A DNA stretch of 64,000 nucleotides from Candidatus Oxydemutatoraceae bacterium (GTDB lineage Bacteria > Pseudomonadota > Gammaproteobacteria > Poriferisulfidales > Oxydemutatoraceae). The notes under the pieces are model-generated. The model saw nothing but the letters and a program-made list of their open reading frames with translations, searched no databases and was not told the origin of the DNA. This document shows, piece after piece, positions 43,895-55,300 of the stretch. The translations under genes and the position numbers were made by a program. Within the stretch, counting starts at the first letter, position 1; each line of letters begins with the position of its first letter. The stretch covers positions 166,215 through 230,214 of the forward strand of contig CBDCOZ010000002.1 in NCBI GenBank assembly GCA_965220085.1. The letters run 5' to 3'.

Positions 43895-45304
43895 ATGTCC
43901 ACAAAAGATATTATGAAAATGATAGCGGACAATGATGTCCGTTATGTTGATCTTCGTTTTACCGACCCGCGCGGCAAAGAGCAACACGTAACGATACCTG
44001 CGTCGTTTGTCGACGAGGATCTGTTTGACAAAGGCAAGATGTTTGACGGTTCGTCCATCGCCGGTTGGAAGACCATCAATGATTCGGATATGATCATGAA
44101 GCCCGACACGAGCACCGCGGTCATGGACCCTTTCTTCCACGATACGACTTTGCAGGTGCGTTGCGACATATTGGAGCCCGATGATCTCAGCACCTATAAC
44201 CGCGACCCGAGAGGGATTGCGCGCCGGGCGGAGGCGTATTTGGTCTCGTCGGGGGTTGCGGACAAGGCTGTTTTCGGCCCCGAACCGGAGTTCTTTGTTT
44301 TTGACGATGTGCGCTGGCACAATGATTTCAGCGGGTCGTCCTGTCAGGTAGACTCGGAAGAGGCGGCATGGAACAGCGCGCGCCCGCTTGAGGAGGGCAA
44401 CATCGGTCATCGTCCCGGCATCAAGGGCGGTTATTTTCCGGCGCCGCCGGTCGATTCGTTGCAGGACATTCGTTCGGCGATGTGTTCGGCGCTTGCGGAC
44501 ATGGGGGTGCAGGCGGAAGTGCATCACCACGAGGTCGGCACCGCCGGGCAGTGCGAGATCGGCACCCGTTGCGACACCGCGGTCAGGCGCGCCGATATGA
44601 ACCAGATATTCAAATATGTGGTGTTGAATGTTGCGAACAATTACGGCAAAACCGCCACCTTCATGCCCAAGCCGATTGTCGGCGACAACGGCAGCGGCAT
44701 GCATGTTCACCAGTCGTTGGTCAAGGGCGATACCAACCTGTTTGCCGGCGAGCAATACGGCGATCTGTCGCAAGCAGCGCTTCACTACATCGGCGGCATC
44801 ATCAAGCACGGTCGCGCTATCAATGCTTTTGTCAATGCCGGCACGAACAGCTACAAGCGGCTGGTGCCGGGCTTTGAGGCGCCGGTGATACTGACGTACT
44901 CGGCGCGCAATCGCTCGGCGGCGATTCGCATTCCGCATGTCTTGAACCCGAAGGCGCGGCGGATAGAGGTGCGCTTCCCGGATGCGGCGGGCAATCCGTA
45001 TCTGACTTTTGCGGCGTTGCTGATGGCCGGCTTGGATGGCATCGTCAACAAGATTGATCCGGGCGAACCGGCGGCGCAAGACTTGTATGAACTGTCGAGC
45101 GCGGAGGAGAAGGCGTTGCCGACAGTGTGCTCGTCTTTGGCGCAGGCGCTGGAGGCTTTGGACGGCGATCGCGAGTTTCTCAAGATGGGCGGCGTCTTTG
45201 ACGATGATTCCATAGACGCTTATATCGGGCTCAAGATGGAAGAGGTTGTGCGCTATCGCGCGGCGACCCATCCGGTTGAGTTTGATATGTACTACAGCTG
45301 CTAA
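43895..45304 (+). CDS. glnA: Glutamine synthetase type I
   Basis: [50 protein letters not shown]. Confidence 0.98.
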   Translation: MSTKDIMKMIADNDVRYVDLRFTDPRGKEQHVTIPASFVDEDLFDKGKMFDGSSIAGWKTINDSDMIMKPDTSTAVMDPFFHDTTLQVRCDILEPDDLSTYNRDPRGIARRAEAYLVSSGVADKAVFGPEPEFFVFDDVRWHNDFSGSSCQVDSEEAAWNSARPLEEGNIGHRPGIKGGYFPAPPVDSLQDIRSAMCSALADMGVQAEVHHHEVGTAGQCEIGTRCDTAVRRADMNQIFKYVVLNVANNYGKTATFMPKPIVGDNGSGMHVHQSLVKGDTNLFAGEQYGDLSQAALHYIGGIIKHGRAINAFVNAGTNSYKRLVPGFEAPVILTYSARNRSAAIRIPHVLNPKARRIEVRFPDAAGNPYLTFAALLMAGLDGIVNKIDPGEPAAQDLYELSSAEEKALPTVCSSLAQALEALDGDREFLKMGGVFDDDSIDAYIGLKMEEVVRYRAATHPVEFDMYYSC

Positions 45305-45481
45305 GTTTTTAGCGCGCCGACCAGCGCGCCGAGCCCGGCGAGTTGATGCGCCGCCATGTAGTCTTGCAAGCGGGCGTTGATTTGCCGGCAGAGCAGCGGT
45401 TCATAGAACAGGGCGGTGCCGATGCCGACCGCAGACGCGCCGGCTAACATAAACTCTATGACATCGTCGGCTGTGCGCACT
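45301..45481 (-). repeat. Tandem duplicate of the pyrD 3' end (186-bp offset)
   Basis: Matches 45487-45667 with a few substitutions. Confidence 0.9.
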
Positions 45482-45486
45482 GGCTG

Positions 45487-46419
45487 CTAAGTTTTTAGCG
45501 CGCCGACCAGCGCGCCGAGGTCGGCGAGTTGATGCGCCGCCATGTAGTCTTGCAAGCGGGCGTTGATTTGCCGGCAGAGCAGCGGTTCATAGAACAGGGC
45601 GGTGCCGATGCCGACCGCAGACGCGCCGGCTAACATAAACTCGATGACATCGCCGGCTGTGCGCACTCCCCCTTGGCCGATAATCGGTATGCCGTGCGGC
45701 TTGCAGACCCGATAGACCTCAAACACTTTGAGCAGGGCAATCGGCTTGATTGCGGGGCCCGACAAGCCGCCGCGCACATTTCCAAGCGCCGGGGTTTGGC
45801 TTTCAATGTCTATGGCCATGCCGGATATCGTGTTGATGACAGCGAAGGCATCGCTGCCGGCTTCCAGACAGCGCCTTGCGTTCTCGGCAATGTCCGCTTG
45901 ATTCGGCGACAGTTTGGCGATCAGCGGCTTTTGCGTTTGCTGCCGGCACACAGCCACTACCTGCGCCGACATGTCGGGGTCGTTGCCGAATTCGGCGCCG
46001 CCGCGCGCCACATTGGGGCAGGAGATATTGATCTCTATCGCACTGATCGGCGAGTCGTCCAGCCGCGCCGCAAGCTCGCCGTATTCGGCTATCGTTGAGC
46101 CGGATATGTTGGCGATGTAATGCGTCTCGGAGGGGTCTAAGCCGGGCAATATCTCATTGGCCAGCGCGTCGATGCCGGGGTTTTGCAAGCCGATCGCATT
46201 CAACATGCCCGACGGGGTTTCGGCGATCCGGTGCGCGGGGTTGCCAAGGCGCGGCGCAAGCGTCGTGCCTTTCAGGCATACCGCGCCGACATCGGCATGC
46301 GAGAAACCTTCGACCCGCGTGTACTCATCGCCGAAGCCGACACAGCCCGACAGCAACACCAGCGGGGTGTTAAAACGCAGGCCGCAAAACTCCGCGCTCA
46401 AGTCGAATGCGTTACTCAT
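45487..46419 (-). CDS. pyrD: Dihydroorotate dehydrogenase, family 1 catalytic subunit
   Basis: GMLNAIGLQNPG, EINISCPN, KLSPN, GGLSGPAIKP; start MSNAFD at 46419. Confidence 0.93.
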   Translation of the reverse strand: MSNAFDLSAEFCGLRFNTPLVLLSGCVGFGDEYTRVEGFSHADVGAVCLKGTTLAPRLGNPAHRIAETPSGMLNAIGLQNPGIDALANEILPGLDPSETHYIANISGSTIAEYGELAARLDDSPISAIEINISCPNVARGGAEFGNDPDMSAQVVAVCRQQTQKPLIAKLSPNQADIAENARRCLEAGSDAFAVINTISGMAIDIESQTPALGNVRGGLSGPAIKPIALLKVFEVYRVCKPHGIPIIGQGGVRTAGDVIEFMLAGASAVGIGTALFYEPLLCRQINARLQDYMAAHQLADLGALVGALKT

Positions 46420-46609
46420 GTCTCTTTTATAAGTATAAGCCGGCGCGCGAGCATCGCCGTCATGATAGCCAGCGCCAGATTGCCGCTTGGGGTCGCAAAC
46501 AACCGCGCAACGCCAAAGAGTCCCCCTATAAGCATCGCCAGCCATAAGACCACCGTCATCATGCGCTTGAGCCCCGTCAGCACATGCTTCCCCACGCTGC
46601 GGCGGACAT

Positions 46610-47617
46610 TTATTTGCCGGCCCCTTCCATCTTGCTCGGCCTCTGTAGCAGGTCATGCACCGCATCATACGGCGTGGCGTCCCCTTTGATGACGCGTTCA
46701 ACCTGTTCGCAGATGGGCATCTCCACCCCGTGCTTGCGCGCCAGTTCAAGCACGACAGATGTCGTTGAGTGTCCTTCTACCACGCCGCCGGCTCTTTCCA
46801 GAGCTTGTTCGGAGATCAAGCCTTGACCCAGCAAAAAGCCGTAGCGGTGATTGCGCGACCGGCTGCCGGCACAGGACAGCACGATATCGCCCAAGCCGGA
46901 CAAGCCCATGACCGTCTCATGGCGGCCGCCCGCTGCGGCGACCAGTCCGAGCACTTCGTTCAAGCCGCGGGTAATCAGCGCCGCTCTGGCGTTCTCGCCG
47001 AAGACAAGGCCGTCGCATATTCCCGCCGCGATGGCGATGACATTTTTCAGCGCGCCGCCAAGCTCCACTCCGATGACATCGGTCGTTGTGTACACGCGCA
47101 GCGTTCCCCCGCGCAGCAAGCCGGCGAAGCCTGCGGCCACATCGTGATTTGCAGCGGCGATGGTGATGGCGGTCGGCTTCTCTTCGGCCAACTCCATCGC
47201 AAACGACGGCCCGCCGATAGCGGCAAGGGGCGCTTTGTCGCCAATCGTCTCGGCGACCACTTCGTGCGCCAAGACGCCGCTGTTTAACTCGATGCCTTTG
47301 CATGCCAAGGCCAAGCCCTTCAGGCGGCCGCTGATCTCGCCCGCGATGTTGGCGCTGATCTGACGCACGGCGGCGGTCGGCGCGGCGAGGATGATAAATT
47401 CATTGCCGGCGGTCGCGGCTTCCAAGTCGGAATGGAACTTGATCATGTCGGGCAAAAATATGCCGGGCAGATAGACATCGTTGCAACGGTCTTCGCTCAT
47501 CCTGCTGATCAGGTCGCGGTCGCGCCCCCAGAGATTGACGCTGTGCCCCGACCTGGTTATCTGCAAGGCAAGCGCGGTCCCCCATGACCCCGCTCCGAGT
47601 ACCGCGATAGAAGCCAT
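46610..47617 (-). CDS. gpsA: NAD(P)H-dependent glycerol-3-phosphate dehydrogenase
   Basis: GAGSWGTALA, GGALKNVIAIAAG, SRN, VEG. Confidence 0.96.
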   Translation of the reverse strand: MASIAVLGAGSWGTALALQITRSGHSVNLWGRDRDLISRMSEDRCNDVYLPGIFLPDMIKFHSDLEAATAGNEFIILAAPTAAVRQISANIAGEISGRLKGLALACKGIELNSGVLAHEVVAETIGDKAPLAAIGGPSFAMELAEEKPTAITIAAANHDVAAGFAGLLRGGTLRVYTTTDVIGVELGGALKNVIAIAAGICDGLVFGENARAALITRGLNEVLGLVAAAGGRHETVMGLSGLGDIVLSCAGSRSRNHRYGFLLGQGLISEQALERAGGVVEGHSTTSVVLELARKHGVEMPICEQVERVIKGDATPYDAVHDLLQRPSKMEGAGK

Positions 47618-47620
47618 GCT

Positions 47621-48094
47621 TTAGTGGGGCTTGCTGCGCCCGGGTTCCCGTTGCAACGCCTGCAACTTCTGGTTGTATATCGCTTCAAAGTTGATCGGGC
47701 CGATCAACAACTGCGGGAAGCCGCCTTTGACAATCAAACTTGCCACCGTTTCGCGCACAAACGGGAACAGTATGTTCGGGCAATGAATCTGCAAAACTCT
47801 GTCCGCTTCCTTTTCGTTGACATTGACAAGGTCAAACATTCCCGCTTGTACGACATCGACCAGAAAGATAACTTCCTCATCCTGACGCGCGGTGATGGTC
47901 ATGTGCAGGTCCACTTCGTAGGTGTGCTCCCGATTCAGTTTGGCGCTGGAACTGCGCAGTTGAACATCAAGGTGCGGCTGCCATTTTTCCGTCAGCGCAA
48001 CGGACGCTTTGGGCGATTCAAATGACATATCTTTGATGTAGACTCTTTTTATATCCAGCCGTTTATCAACAAGGCCATCCGCTGTCATCTTCAA
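47621..48094 (-). CDS. secB: Protein-export chaperone SecB
   Basis: RVYIKDMSFESP, CPNILFPFVRE..GGFP. Confidence 0.95.
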   Translation of the reverse strand: MKMTADGLVDKRLDIKRVYIKDMSFESPKASVALTEKWQPHLDVQLRSSSAKLNREHTYEVDLHMTITARQDEEVIFLVDVVQAGMFDLVNVNEKEADRVLQIHCPNILFPFVRETVASLIVKGGFPQLLIGPINFEAIYNQKLQALQREPGRSKPH

Positions 48095-48369
48095 ACTCCT
48101 TGCGGCGCTTCGCCCGCTAACATTTTATCCAATTCGCCCTCGCTGTCTAAGGCGACCATCTCTTGATAACCGCCGACATGATGCTCTCCGATGAAAATCT
48201 GCGGCACCGATGTGCGCTTTGCCAGAGCGACCATCTGTTCCCGTTTTTCATCGTCCAGATCAACCCGAATCTCCTCGTAGGCGACCTGCTTCTTGTCCAG
48301 CAGCTTTTTCGCCCACATGCAGAATGAGCAATTGGAAGAAGTATAAACTTTTATTGTTGGTGTGCTCAT
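48091..48369 (-). CDS. grxC: Glutaredoxin 3
   Basis: CSFC, TSVPQIFIG; conserved synteny with secB. Confidence 0.9.
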   Translation of the reverse strand: MSTPTIKVYTSSNCSFCMWAKKLLDKKQVAYEEIRVDLDDEKREQMVALAKRTSVPQIFIGEHHVGGYQEMVALDSEGELDKMLAGEAPQGV

Positions 48370-48795
48370 TTACTTCGTCAACGGCAGGTTCGCTTGAATC
48401 CAAGCCGTCAGTCCTCCTTTTAAGTGATAAACATTCGTGAAGCCGTTCTTGGTCAGGGTCTGGCAGACCCGGCCCGCTTTCAGCCCGTTGGCGCAAAAGG
48501 CCAGGATAGGCTTGGCCTTGTATGGCTCCAACTCCGCGAGCCGCTCGGCGATGACACTGCTTGCAATCTGTTTGGCGCCGCGTATTGTGCCCGCGCTGAG
48601 CTCGTTGGATTCGCGCACATCAAGAATCAACGGGTCTTCGCGGTTGAGCAACTTCACTGCCTCCGCCGTCCCTATGTCGGCGTACTTGCGCATGGCCCGT
48701 TTGCTTTCGGCATAGACGATGAACGCAACCAATGCGATGGCTGCGACAATGAGAAACATGTTTTCGGAAATGAAGCCGGCCAGATTGTTTGTCAT
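48370..48795 (-). CDS. Rhodanese-like membrane-anchored protein (YibN-like)
   Basis: N-terminal TM helix, LDVRE, LKGGLTAW; synteny with grxC-secB-gpsA. Confidence 0.9.
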   Translation of the reverse strand: MTNNLAGFISENMFLIVAAIALVAFIVYAESKRAMRKYADIGTAEAVKLLNREDPLILDVRESNELSAGTIRGAKQIASSVIAERLAELEPYKAKPILAFCANGLKAGRVCQTLTKNGFTNVYHLKGGLTAWIQANLPLTK

Positions 48796-48943
48796 TCGTT
48801 TTTATTTTTTAGCGTATCGGACAGAATAGTTTATGCCTTTCTGCCGCTTTGTTAGCAAAGTGTGCCCGCTCGGTCGGCGCTGAGACCGCGCCTGTCGTCG
48901 GCACACCCTTAATTATAGTTGTTTGCGGCATATATGCCAGTTG

Positions 48944-50203
48944 TCAGCCCAAGTATCTCGCCCACCGTTTTTTGTGCAAGTTGTCCAGTATGCTTTGCTC
49001 ATCCAGCAAAGCGCGGCTCATCGCCGCATAATCGCAGATTCTTAACTTCTCGCGCAAATCGGCCGGCGAATCAAAATACATCACATTGCGCCGATACCAT
49101 TCGCATTTGTCCAGCCAGAAGTCAACCGCATCCTTGTCCAGATTGTTGTTCGGGTCGGGCATCGCGGCCGCCGCTTGCGAGACGATTCCGGAGAAGCCGC
49201 CGCGCGTTCGGCGGTTATTTTTGCCCTTATTTGTTGTCGATGTTTTTTCATTCAATGCGCCGTATCGCAGATGCCATTCGCTCATCAACTTCTTGGACGG
49301 GAAAAACATCGGGACTCCCATCTTCATGAACTCCAACATCTGCCCCGAGTAAACACTGTGCGGAAAGAACACCGCCGCCTTGTGTCTGAGAACATCCTCA
49401 ACGGCATACGGCAAACGCAAAACCGGCATGTTCAAGGCGCGTCGGGTTTTGTGCCAAGCCCTCGTCATTGCCGACCGCGCAAGGGCGAGCGGCGCTTTGA
49501 TGTTGCTTCGGGTCAGCGCAAGGGGCGTTGCCCTTCGCCCGTACATCCGCAACTTGATACGCGTGTTGCGCCGAAACCATCGCCCGTATTCTTCGTGTAT
49601 CTTTTCCCTGAGCACCATAGGCCCTCTGACGGGGAACATCAGTATCTCCTTGTGACACACATTCTCTTCGCGCCATTGATAGTTGTCCATATAAGCCAAC
49701 CGCAACGGCATGCGGGAAATGTCGCGGCCGGTGAAATACTTAAAGTACGCAATGTCGTAATCGCAACACGCGTGCGCAAACAGTTTCTTGTCATCCATCA
49801 AACGCAGCGTCTTCTCTATCAGCCGATCAAAGTTTTCTGCGGACGGCTGATAACCGCCCTCCAGCCGGAAGTACAAGTTGAGTATGGTCGGCGCCTCGCA
49901 ACGGCTGTACAGATGGAAAAGCCAAGTGTTGTAGCCGCAGTAGAAATAGTCCGCATCCAACGCCCGCACCGCTTCGGGAAATGTCTTTGCCATGCGCTCC
50001 ATCGTCGCAAAATCGTATTGCCGCGGGATGCGGCTGCTGTCAAACCCTATCGCTTGGGACGCCCTCTCAAGCGGGTAGTACCCCGCATAGGCGGCATCGG
50101 CATGATTGAGCGCCTTGGCGCCCATTGACGGCAATGCGCTGACAAGGTCGCGAACTACCACCGCGTGCCTGTCCATCGTGAATACGGTTTTGCCGGCTTT
50201 CAT
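48944..50203 (-). CDS. Hypothetical protein, possibly glycosyltransferase-like
   Basis: Long ORF from MKAGKTVFTMDRH; HKAAVFFPHSVYS..LEFMKMGVPMFFPS resembles a GT-B donor-binding segment; may extend 5' through repeats to 50548. Confidence 0.55.
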   Translation of the reverse strand: MKAGKTVFTMDRHAVVVRDLVSALPSMGAKALNHADAAYAGYYPLERASQAIGFDSSRIPRQYDFATMERMAKTFPEAVRALDADYFYCGYNTWLFHLYSRCEAPTILNLYFRLEGGYQPSAENFDRLIEKTLRLMDDKKLFAHACCDYDIAYFKYFTGRDISRMPLRLAYMDNYQWREENVCHKEILMFPVRGPMVLREKIHEEYGRWFRRNTRIKLRMYGRRATPLALTRSNIKAPLALARSAMTRAWHKTRRALNMPVLRLPYAVEDVLRHKAAVFFPHSVYSGQMLEFMKMGVPMFFPSKKLMSEWHLRYGALNEKTSTTNKGKNNRRTRGGFSGIVSQAAAAMPDPNNNLDKDAVDFWLDKCEWYRRNVMYFDSPADLREKLRICDYAAMSRALLDEQSILDNLHKKRWARYLG

Positions 50204-50204
50204 G

Positions 50205-50500
50205 AGTCGCCTTGCATCTGTTGTGCGGCGGTTGGCATCTGACGGGCGCTTGGTCGTAAGCATCGCTTGCAGTTGCCCCGCATCTGTTTTGCGGCGGTTG
50301 GCGTCTGACGACTGCCTGATTGCAAGCATCGCTCGGAGTTGTCCGGCGTCTGCTTTGCGGCGGTTAGCATCTGACGGGCGCTTGATCGTAAGCATCGCTC
50401 GGAGTTGCCCGGCGTCTGTTTTGCGGCGGTTAGCATCTGACGGGCGCTTGGCCGTAAGCATCGCTTGTAGTTGCTCCGCATCTGTTTTGCGGCGGTTGGC
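50205..50500. repeat. 66-bp imperfect tandem repeat (~4.5 copies; second set at ~51780-52075)
   Basis: Unit encodes SDANRRKTDAGQLRAMLTIKRP-like 22-mers in frame with the downstream ORF. Confidence 0.85.
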
Positions 50501-50879
50501 AGAGGTTGCGATATTTTTGGACGGGGGGTTGTTGTGTGCGGCGAGCAAGCGACCATTCGCTTTCTCGGAGGTTGCGATATCTTGGGACGGAGGGTTGTTG
50601 TGCGGGTCGGAAGCTCTTGCAATGTTTTGTCTGTCGTTTCGTTAAGAAGTGCGATGTGTGATTGTTAGTCAAGCGCTTCTATTGTATCAGGCTCCGGATT
50701 GTGTTGCTTGTCACATGTGCCGACGCTTGTGTGGGGCTGATGTATTCCGGATAAAGCGGCGGGTGTTTTTGACTTGTGCATAGTGTTTTCAATTTGAGTC
50801 CGTGATAGAATTTTCGCTTCGGAAAATGCTTTTGCCTTGGCGAAACAGGGCGCAAGCCTTGTGTTATGCAGTGTTCGCA

Positions 50880-51030
50880 CACACAATCACCGCTCGCAGA
50901 GGGCGGCAGGCAATGTCATCAAAAGCCCAATGCTACCGCTCACACAATCACCGCTCGCAGAGGGCGGCAGGCAATGTCATCAAAAGCCCAATGCTACCGC
51001 TCACACAATCACCGCTCGCAGGGGGCGGCA
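50880..51030. repeat. 61-bp tandem repeat, ~2.4 copies
   Basis: Unit CACACAATCACCGCTCGCAGAGGGCGGCAGGCAATGTCATCAAAAGCCCAATGCTACCGCT. Confidence 0.85.
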
Positions 51031-51238
51031 ACATCTGGCAATCGCTGACCGGCGACACACCGGCACAGAGTGGCGGCACTGCATGGGCGCATCCGGGGCG
51101 ACTGCCAGTGCCCGCCCGCTACCCGCTGTTTCAAACTGTTGCGTGGCGCTACATGGGCGCACCCGGAGCGACTGCCAGACCACCGACTGGCGCACCACAG
51201 GGCGCGCAGATGGTGTTGCGCACACCACAGGCCGCAAT

Positions 51239-51499
51239 CTATTTTGGTGTCAGGTGTTCTCCCGCTTCCCTAAGGGCGCCACCCGCATTCTCAAGGTTGG
51301 CACCCGTAGCCTTAAGGTCGGAACCCAGAGTTTTAAACTCGCTATCCAGCCTTTGAGCCAGCATCTTTTCCAGTCTGGCCTCCGAGCCTTTAATCTCCTC
51401 CCGCAACCCTTGATCCACGGCTGCAATCTGCTTCTCCGTCTTGGCGAAACCTCCCCTGAGTAATCGCGCCACTTCTTCCATGCCTTTCAAAACGGTCAT
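51239..51499 (-). CDS. Small coiled-coil hypothetical protein
   Basis: AGGGG RBS, MTVLKGMEEVARLLRGGFAKTEKQI.. with heptad pattern. Confidence 0.55.
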   Translation of the reverse strand: MTVLKGMEEVARLLRGGFAKTEKQIAAVDQGLREEIKGSEARLEKMLAQRLDSEFKTLGSDLKATGANLENAGGALREAGEHLTPK

Positions 51500-51571
51500 A
51501 AAACACCCCTGTTGAAAAATAGTATGAGCAGGCACTATAACACAAAACAGGGATGTTTCTGGCATTATTCC

Positions 51572-52326
51572 CCACCGTCGCAAAATCGTACTCCCGCGGG
51601 ATGCGGCTGCTGTCAAACCCTATCGCTTGGGACGCCCTCTCAAGCGGGTAGTACCCCGCATAGGCGGCATCGGCATGATTGAGCGCCTTGGCGCCCATTG
51701 ACGGCAATGTGCCGGCGAGGTCGCGAACTGCCGTTGCGCGCTTGTCCATCGTGAATACGGTTTTGCCGGCTTTCATAAGTTGCCCCGCATCTGGTTCGCG
51801 GCGGTTGGCATCTGACGGGTGCTTGATCGTAAGCATCGCTCGGAGTTGTCCGGCATCTGTTTTGCGGCGGTTGGCGTCTGACGACTGCCTGATTGCAAGC
51901 ATCGCTCGGAGTTGTCCGGCATCTGCTTTGCGGCGGTTAGCATCTGACGGGCGCTTGGTCGTAAGCATCGCTCGGAGTTGCCCGGCGTCTGTTTTGCGGC
52001 GGTTAGCATCTGACGGGCGCTTGGTCGTAAGCATCGCTTGCAGTTGCTCCGCATCTGTTTTGCGGCGGTTGGCAGAGGTTGCGATATTTTTGGACGGGGG
52101 GTTGTTGTGTGCGGCGAGCAAGCGACCATTCGCTTTCTCGGAGGTTGCGATATCTTGGGACGGAGGGTTGTTGTGCGGGTCGGAAGCTCTTGCAATGTTT
52201 TGTCTGTCGTTTCGTTAAGAAGTGCGATGTGTGATTGTTAGTCAAGCGCTTCTATTGTATCAGGCTCCGGATTGTGTTGCTTGTCACATGTGCCGACGCT
52301 TGTGTGGGGCTGATGTATTCCGGATA
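51572..52326 (-). pseudogene. Truncated duplicate of 49999-50753
   Basis: 1573-bp offset copy; broken next to an IS481-like IR (GATGTTTCTGGCATTATTC, ~51552-51570); other end lies 19 bp before the first CRISPR repeat. Confidence 0.85.
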
Positions 52327-52345
52327 TGCCCCGCTGACGCCGCAT

Positions 52346-55300
52346 GTTTTGACTTCCCCCCCAATCAAGCCTGATATAATCAACCGGCAGTTTCACTGAT
52401 GACGACGCCGGGTTTTGACTTCCCCCCCAATCAAGCCTGATATAATCGCGTGATAAAAAAACCGGCGAGAAGATCGAGTTTTGACTTCCCCCCCCAATCA
52501 AGCCTGATATAATCCGATGGGAACTTCACCGGCGAGCGCTATATGTTTTGACTTCCCCCCCAATCAAGCCTGATATAATCTTTTTGCACTTGTTGACAAG
52601 GCGACCGGGGGTTTTGACTTCCCCCCCAATCAAGCCTGATATAATCTCGAGCTGATCAGGCTCACGCATCTGTAGAGGTTTTGACTTCCCCCCCAATCAA
52701 GCCTGATATAATCTGCGCGGCTGCGCATAACCACCGCCAGCGAGTTTTGACTTCCCCCCCAATCAAGCCTGATATAATCATGGTCTCTGCATAACAATGC
52801 TTGCATCCGGTTTTGACTTCCCCCCCAATCAAGCCTGATATAATCCCACAGGCGGCCACAGGCGGCCACAGGCGGCCACGTTTTGACTTCCCCCCCAATC
52901 AAGCCTGATATAATCGTGATGGCCTATTGCGCACGAGCGAACTTAGTTTTGACTTCCCCCCCAATCAAGCCTGATATAATCAGCAGCAACAGCTGGAATA
53001 ACATGAAGCCAGTTTTGACTTCCCCCCCAATCAAGCCTGATATAATCTTTACGGTCGAAGACATCCGCGGCATGGCGTTTTGACTTCCCCCCCAATCAAG
53101 CCTGATATAATCAAAGGTGCACATACACTCTATAACATCTTAGTTTTGACTTCCCCCCCAATCAAGCCTGATATAATCCTACGCAGTCGATCGGGACTAT
53201 CAGGTCGAGTTTTGACTTCCCCCCCAATCAAGCCTGATATAATCGCGATATTTCGAGGCATGCGGCGCGCAAGAGTTTTGACTTCCCCCCCAATCAAGCC
53301 TGATATAATCGCGCACGCTAACCGACGTGCACATCAAGCAGTTTTGACTTCCCCCCCAATCAAGCCTGATATAATCCAAGAGCGTGAACATTCAATATGC
53401 GGCTGAGTTTTGACTTCCCCCCCAATCAAGCCTGATATGATCCTCAAGCCAAAAATCAATCTTGCGATGGCGGTTTTGACTTCCCCCCCAATCAAGCCTG
53501 ATATAATCGCAGTTCAGACGGACACGAGATACCGTCAGGTTTTGACTTCCCCCCCAATCAAGCCTGATATAATCCGACAACGTGTATATATATAGAGTGA
53601 CCGGGTTTTGACTTCCCCCCCAATCAAGCCTGATATAATCTGAACAGCGCCGCGCCGTTGCGGCCTGAGGGTTTTGACTTCCCCCCCAATCAAGCCTGAT
53701 ATAATCCGCTCCGCGTCAAAGCGCGGGTTGTTCGCGGTTTTGACTTCCCCCCCAATCAAGCCTGATATAATCACGGCGCGATGAACATCATCACGACCTA
53801 TGTTTTGACTTCCCCCCAATCAAGCCTGATATAATCTTATCTGGTGGCGGCAATGCTCTGGCATGGGTTTTGACTTCCCCCCCAATCAAGCCTGATATAA
53901 TCGCCAGCCAGATCCAGCCAGATGGCGGACATGTTTTGACTTCCCCCCCAATCAAGCCTGATATAATCCGTGATGTCGCCATCCTCGAATACGTTGAAGT
54001 TTTGACTTCCCCCCCAATCAAGCCTGATATAATCGCGCCGCCGGCGTTCAGCATGACAACTATAGTTTTGACTTCCCCCCCAATCAAGCCTGATATAATC
54101 ACCGATAACGCTAACAAGATCGAACTCAAAGTTTTGACTTCCCCCCCAATCAAGCCTGATATAATCGGACTGGCTGGCCGACGAGCTCGACATAGTGTTT
54201 TGACTTCCCCCCCAATCAAGCCTGATATAATCTTTCTTCGATTATCGGAAACTCTGATGTTGGTTTTGACTTCCCCCCCAATCAAGCCTGATATAATCTT
54301 TTCTGGTGAGTTCTGTAATCAGTTAATGTTTTGACTTCCCCCCCAATCAAGCCTGATATAATCGGACAGCAGTTACGAACCAGTAACGTATGCGTTTTGA
54401 CTTCCCCCCCAATCAAGCCTGATATAATCTTTATTCCGTTGTCAAAGACGGCAAAGACAGTTTTGACTTCCCCCCCAATCAAGCCTGATATAATCGGCAG
54501 TCATGAGCAATCGAGAGATTACGCTGTTTTGACTTCCCCCCCAATCAAGCCTGATATAATCTTTCCGGGTCATCTGTTTCGCATTGCTGGTGTTTTGACT
54601 TCCCCCCCAATCAAGCCTGATATAATCCGTTGTTCCAATCATTGGAACAGCAACTATGTTTTGACTTCCCCCCCAATCAAGCCTGATATAATCTTGCATA
54701 GGCAGCAACGGGGTGTTTACCTAGTTTTGACTTCCCCCCCAATCAAGCCTGATATAATCTGCGCAACTGCGCACCGGCATGGAATCCGGGTTTTGACTTC
54801 CCCCCCAATCAAGCCTGATATAATCTTGCTGTTGTGTTGTGTGTGTTGGTGGTGTGTTTTGACTTCCCCCCCAATCAAGCCTGATATAATCGTACGGACT
54901 TCCGATGTGGTTGGGCGACAGGTTTTGACTTCCCCCCCAATCAAGCCTGATATAATCTCTGGTTGGCATTGCCCAAGAAACTGTCGAGTTTTGACTTCCC
55001 CCCCAATCAAGCCTGATATAATCGGCATGGTACTTCCCAATGCGACATACTGTGTTTTGACTTCCCCCCCAATCAAGCCTGATATAATCTCGCCAGTATG
55101 GCGCCGCGCCGGTGACATAGTTTTGACTTCCCCCCCAATCAAGCCTGATATAATCCGAGATTAAAATTAGTATTCCTAAGTTGAGGTTTTGACTTCCCCC
55201 CCAATCAAGCCTGATATAATCTCCATGATTTCTGGCGGTTAATCCGCGCCTGTTTTGACTTCCCCCCCAATCAAGCCTGATATAATCCCCAAGCATTAGT

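Noticed and set aside
50205-52075. 66-bp repeats as degenerate CRISPR units
   Set aside because: Same period as the array, but whole units are conserved and share only GTTTTG with the CRISPR repeat
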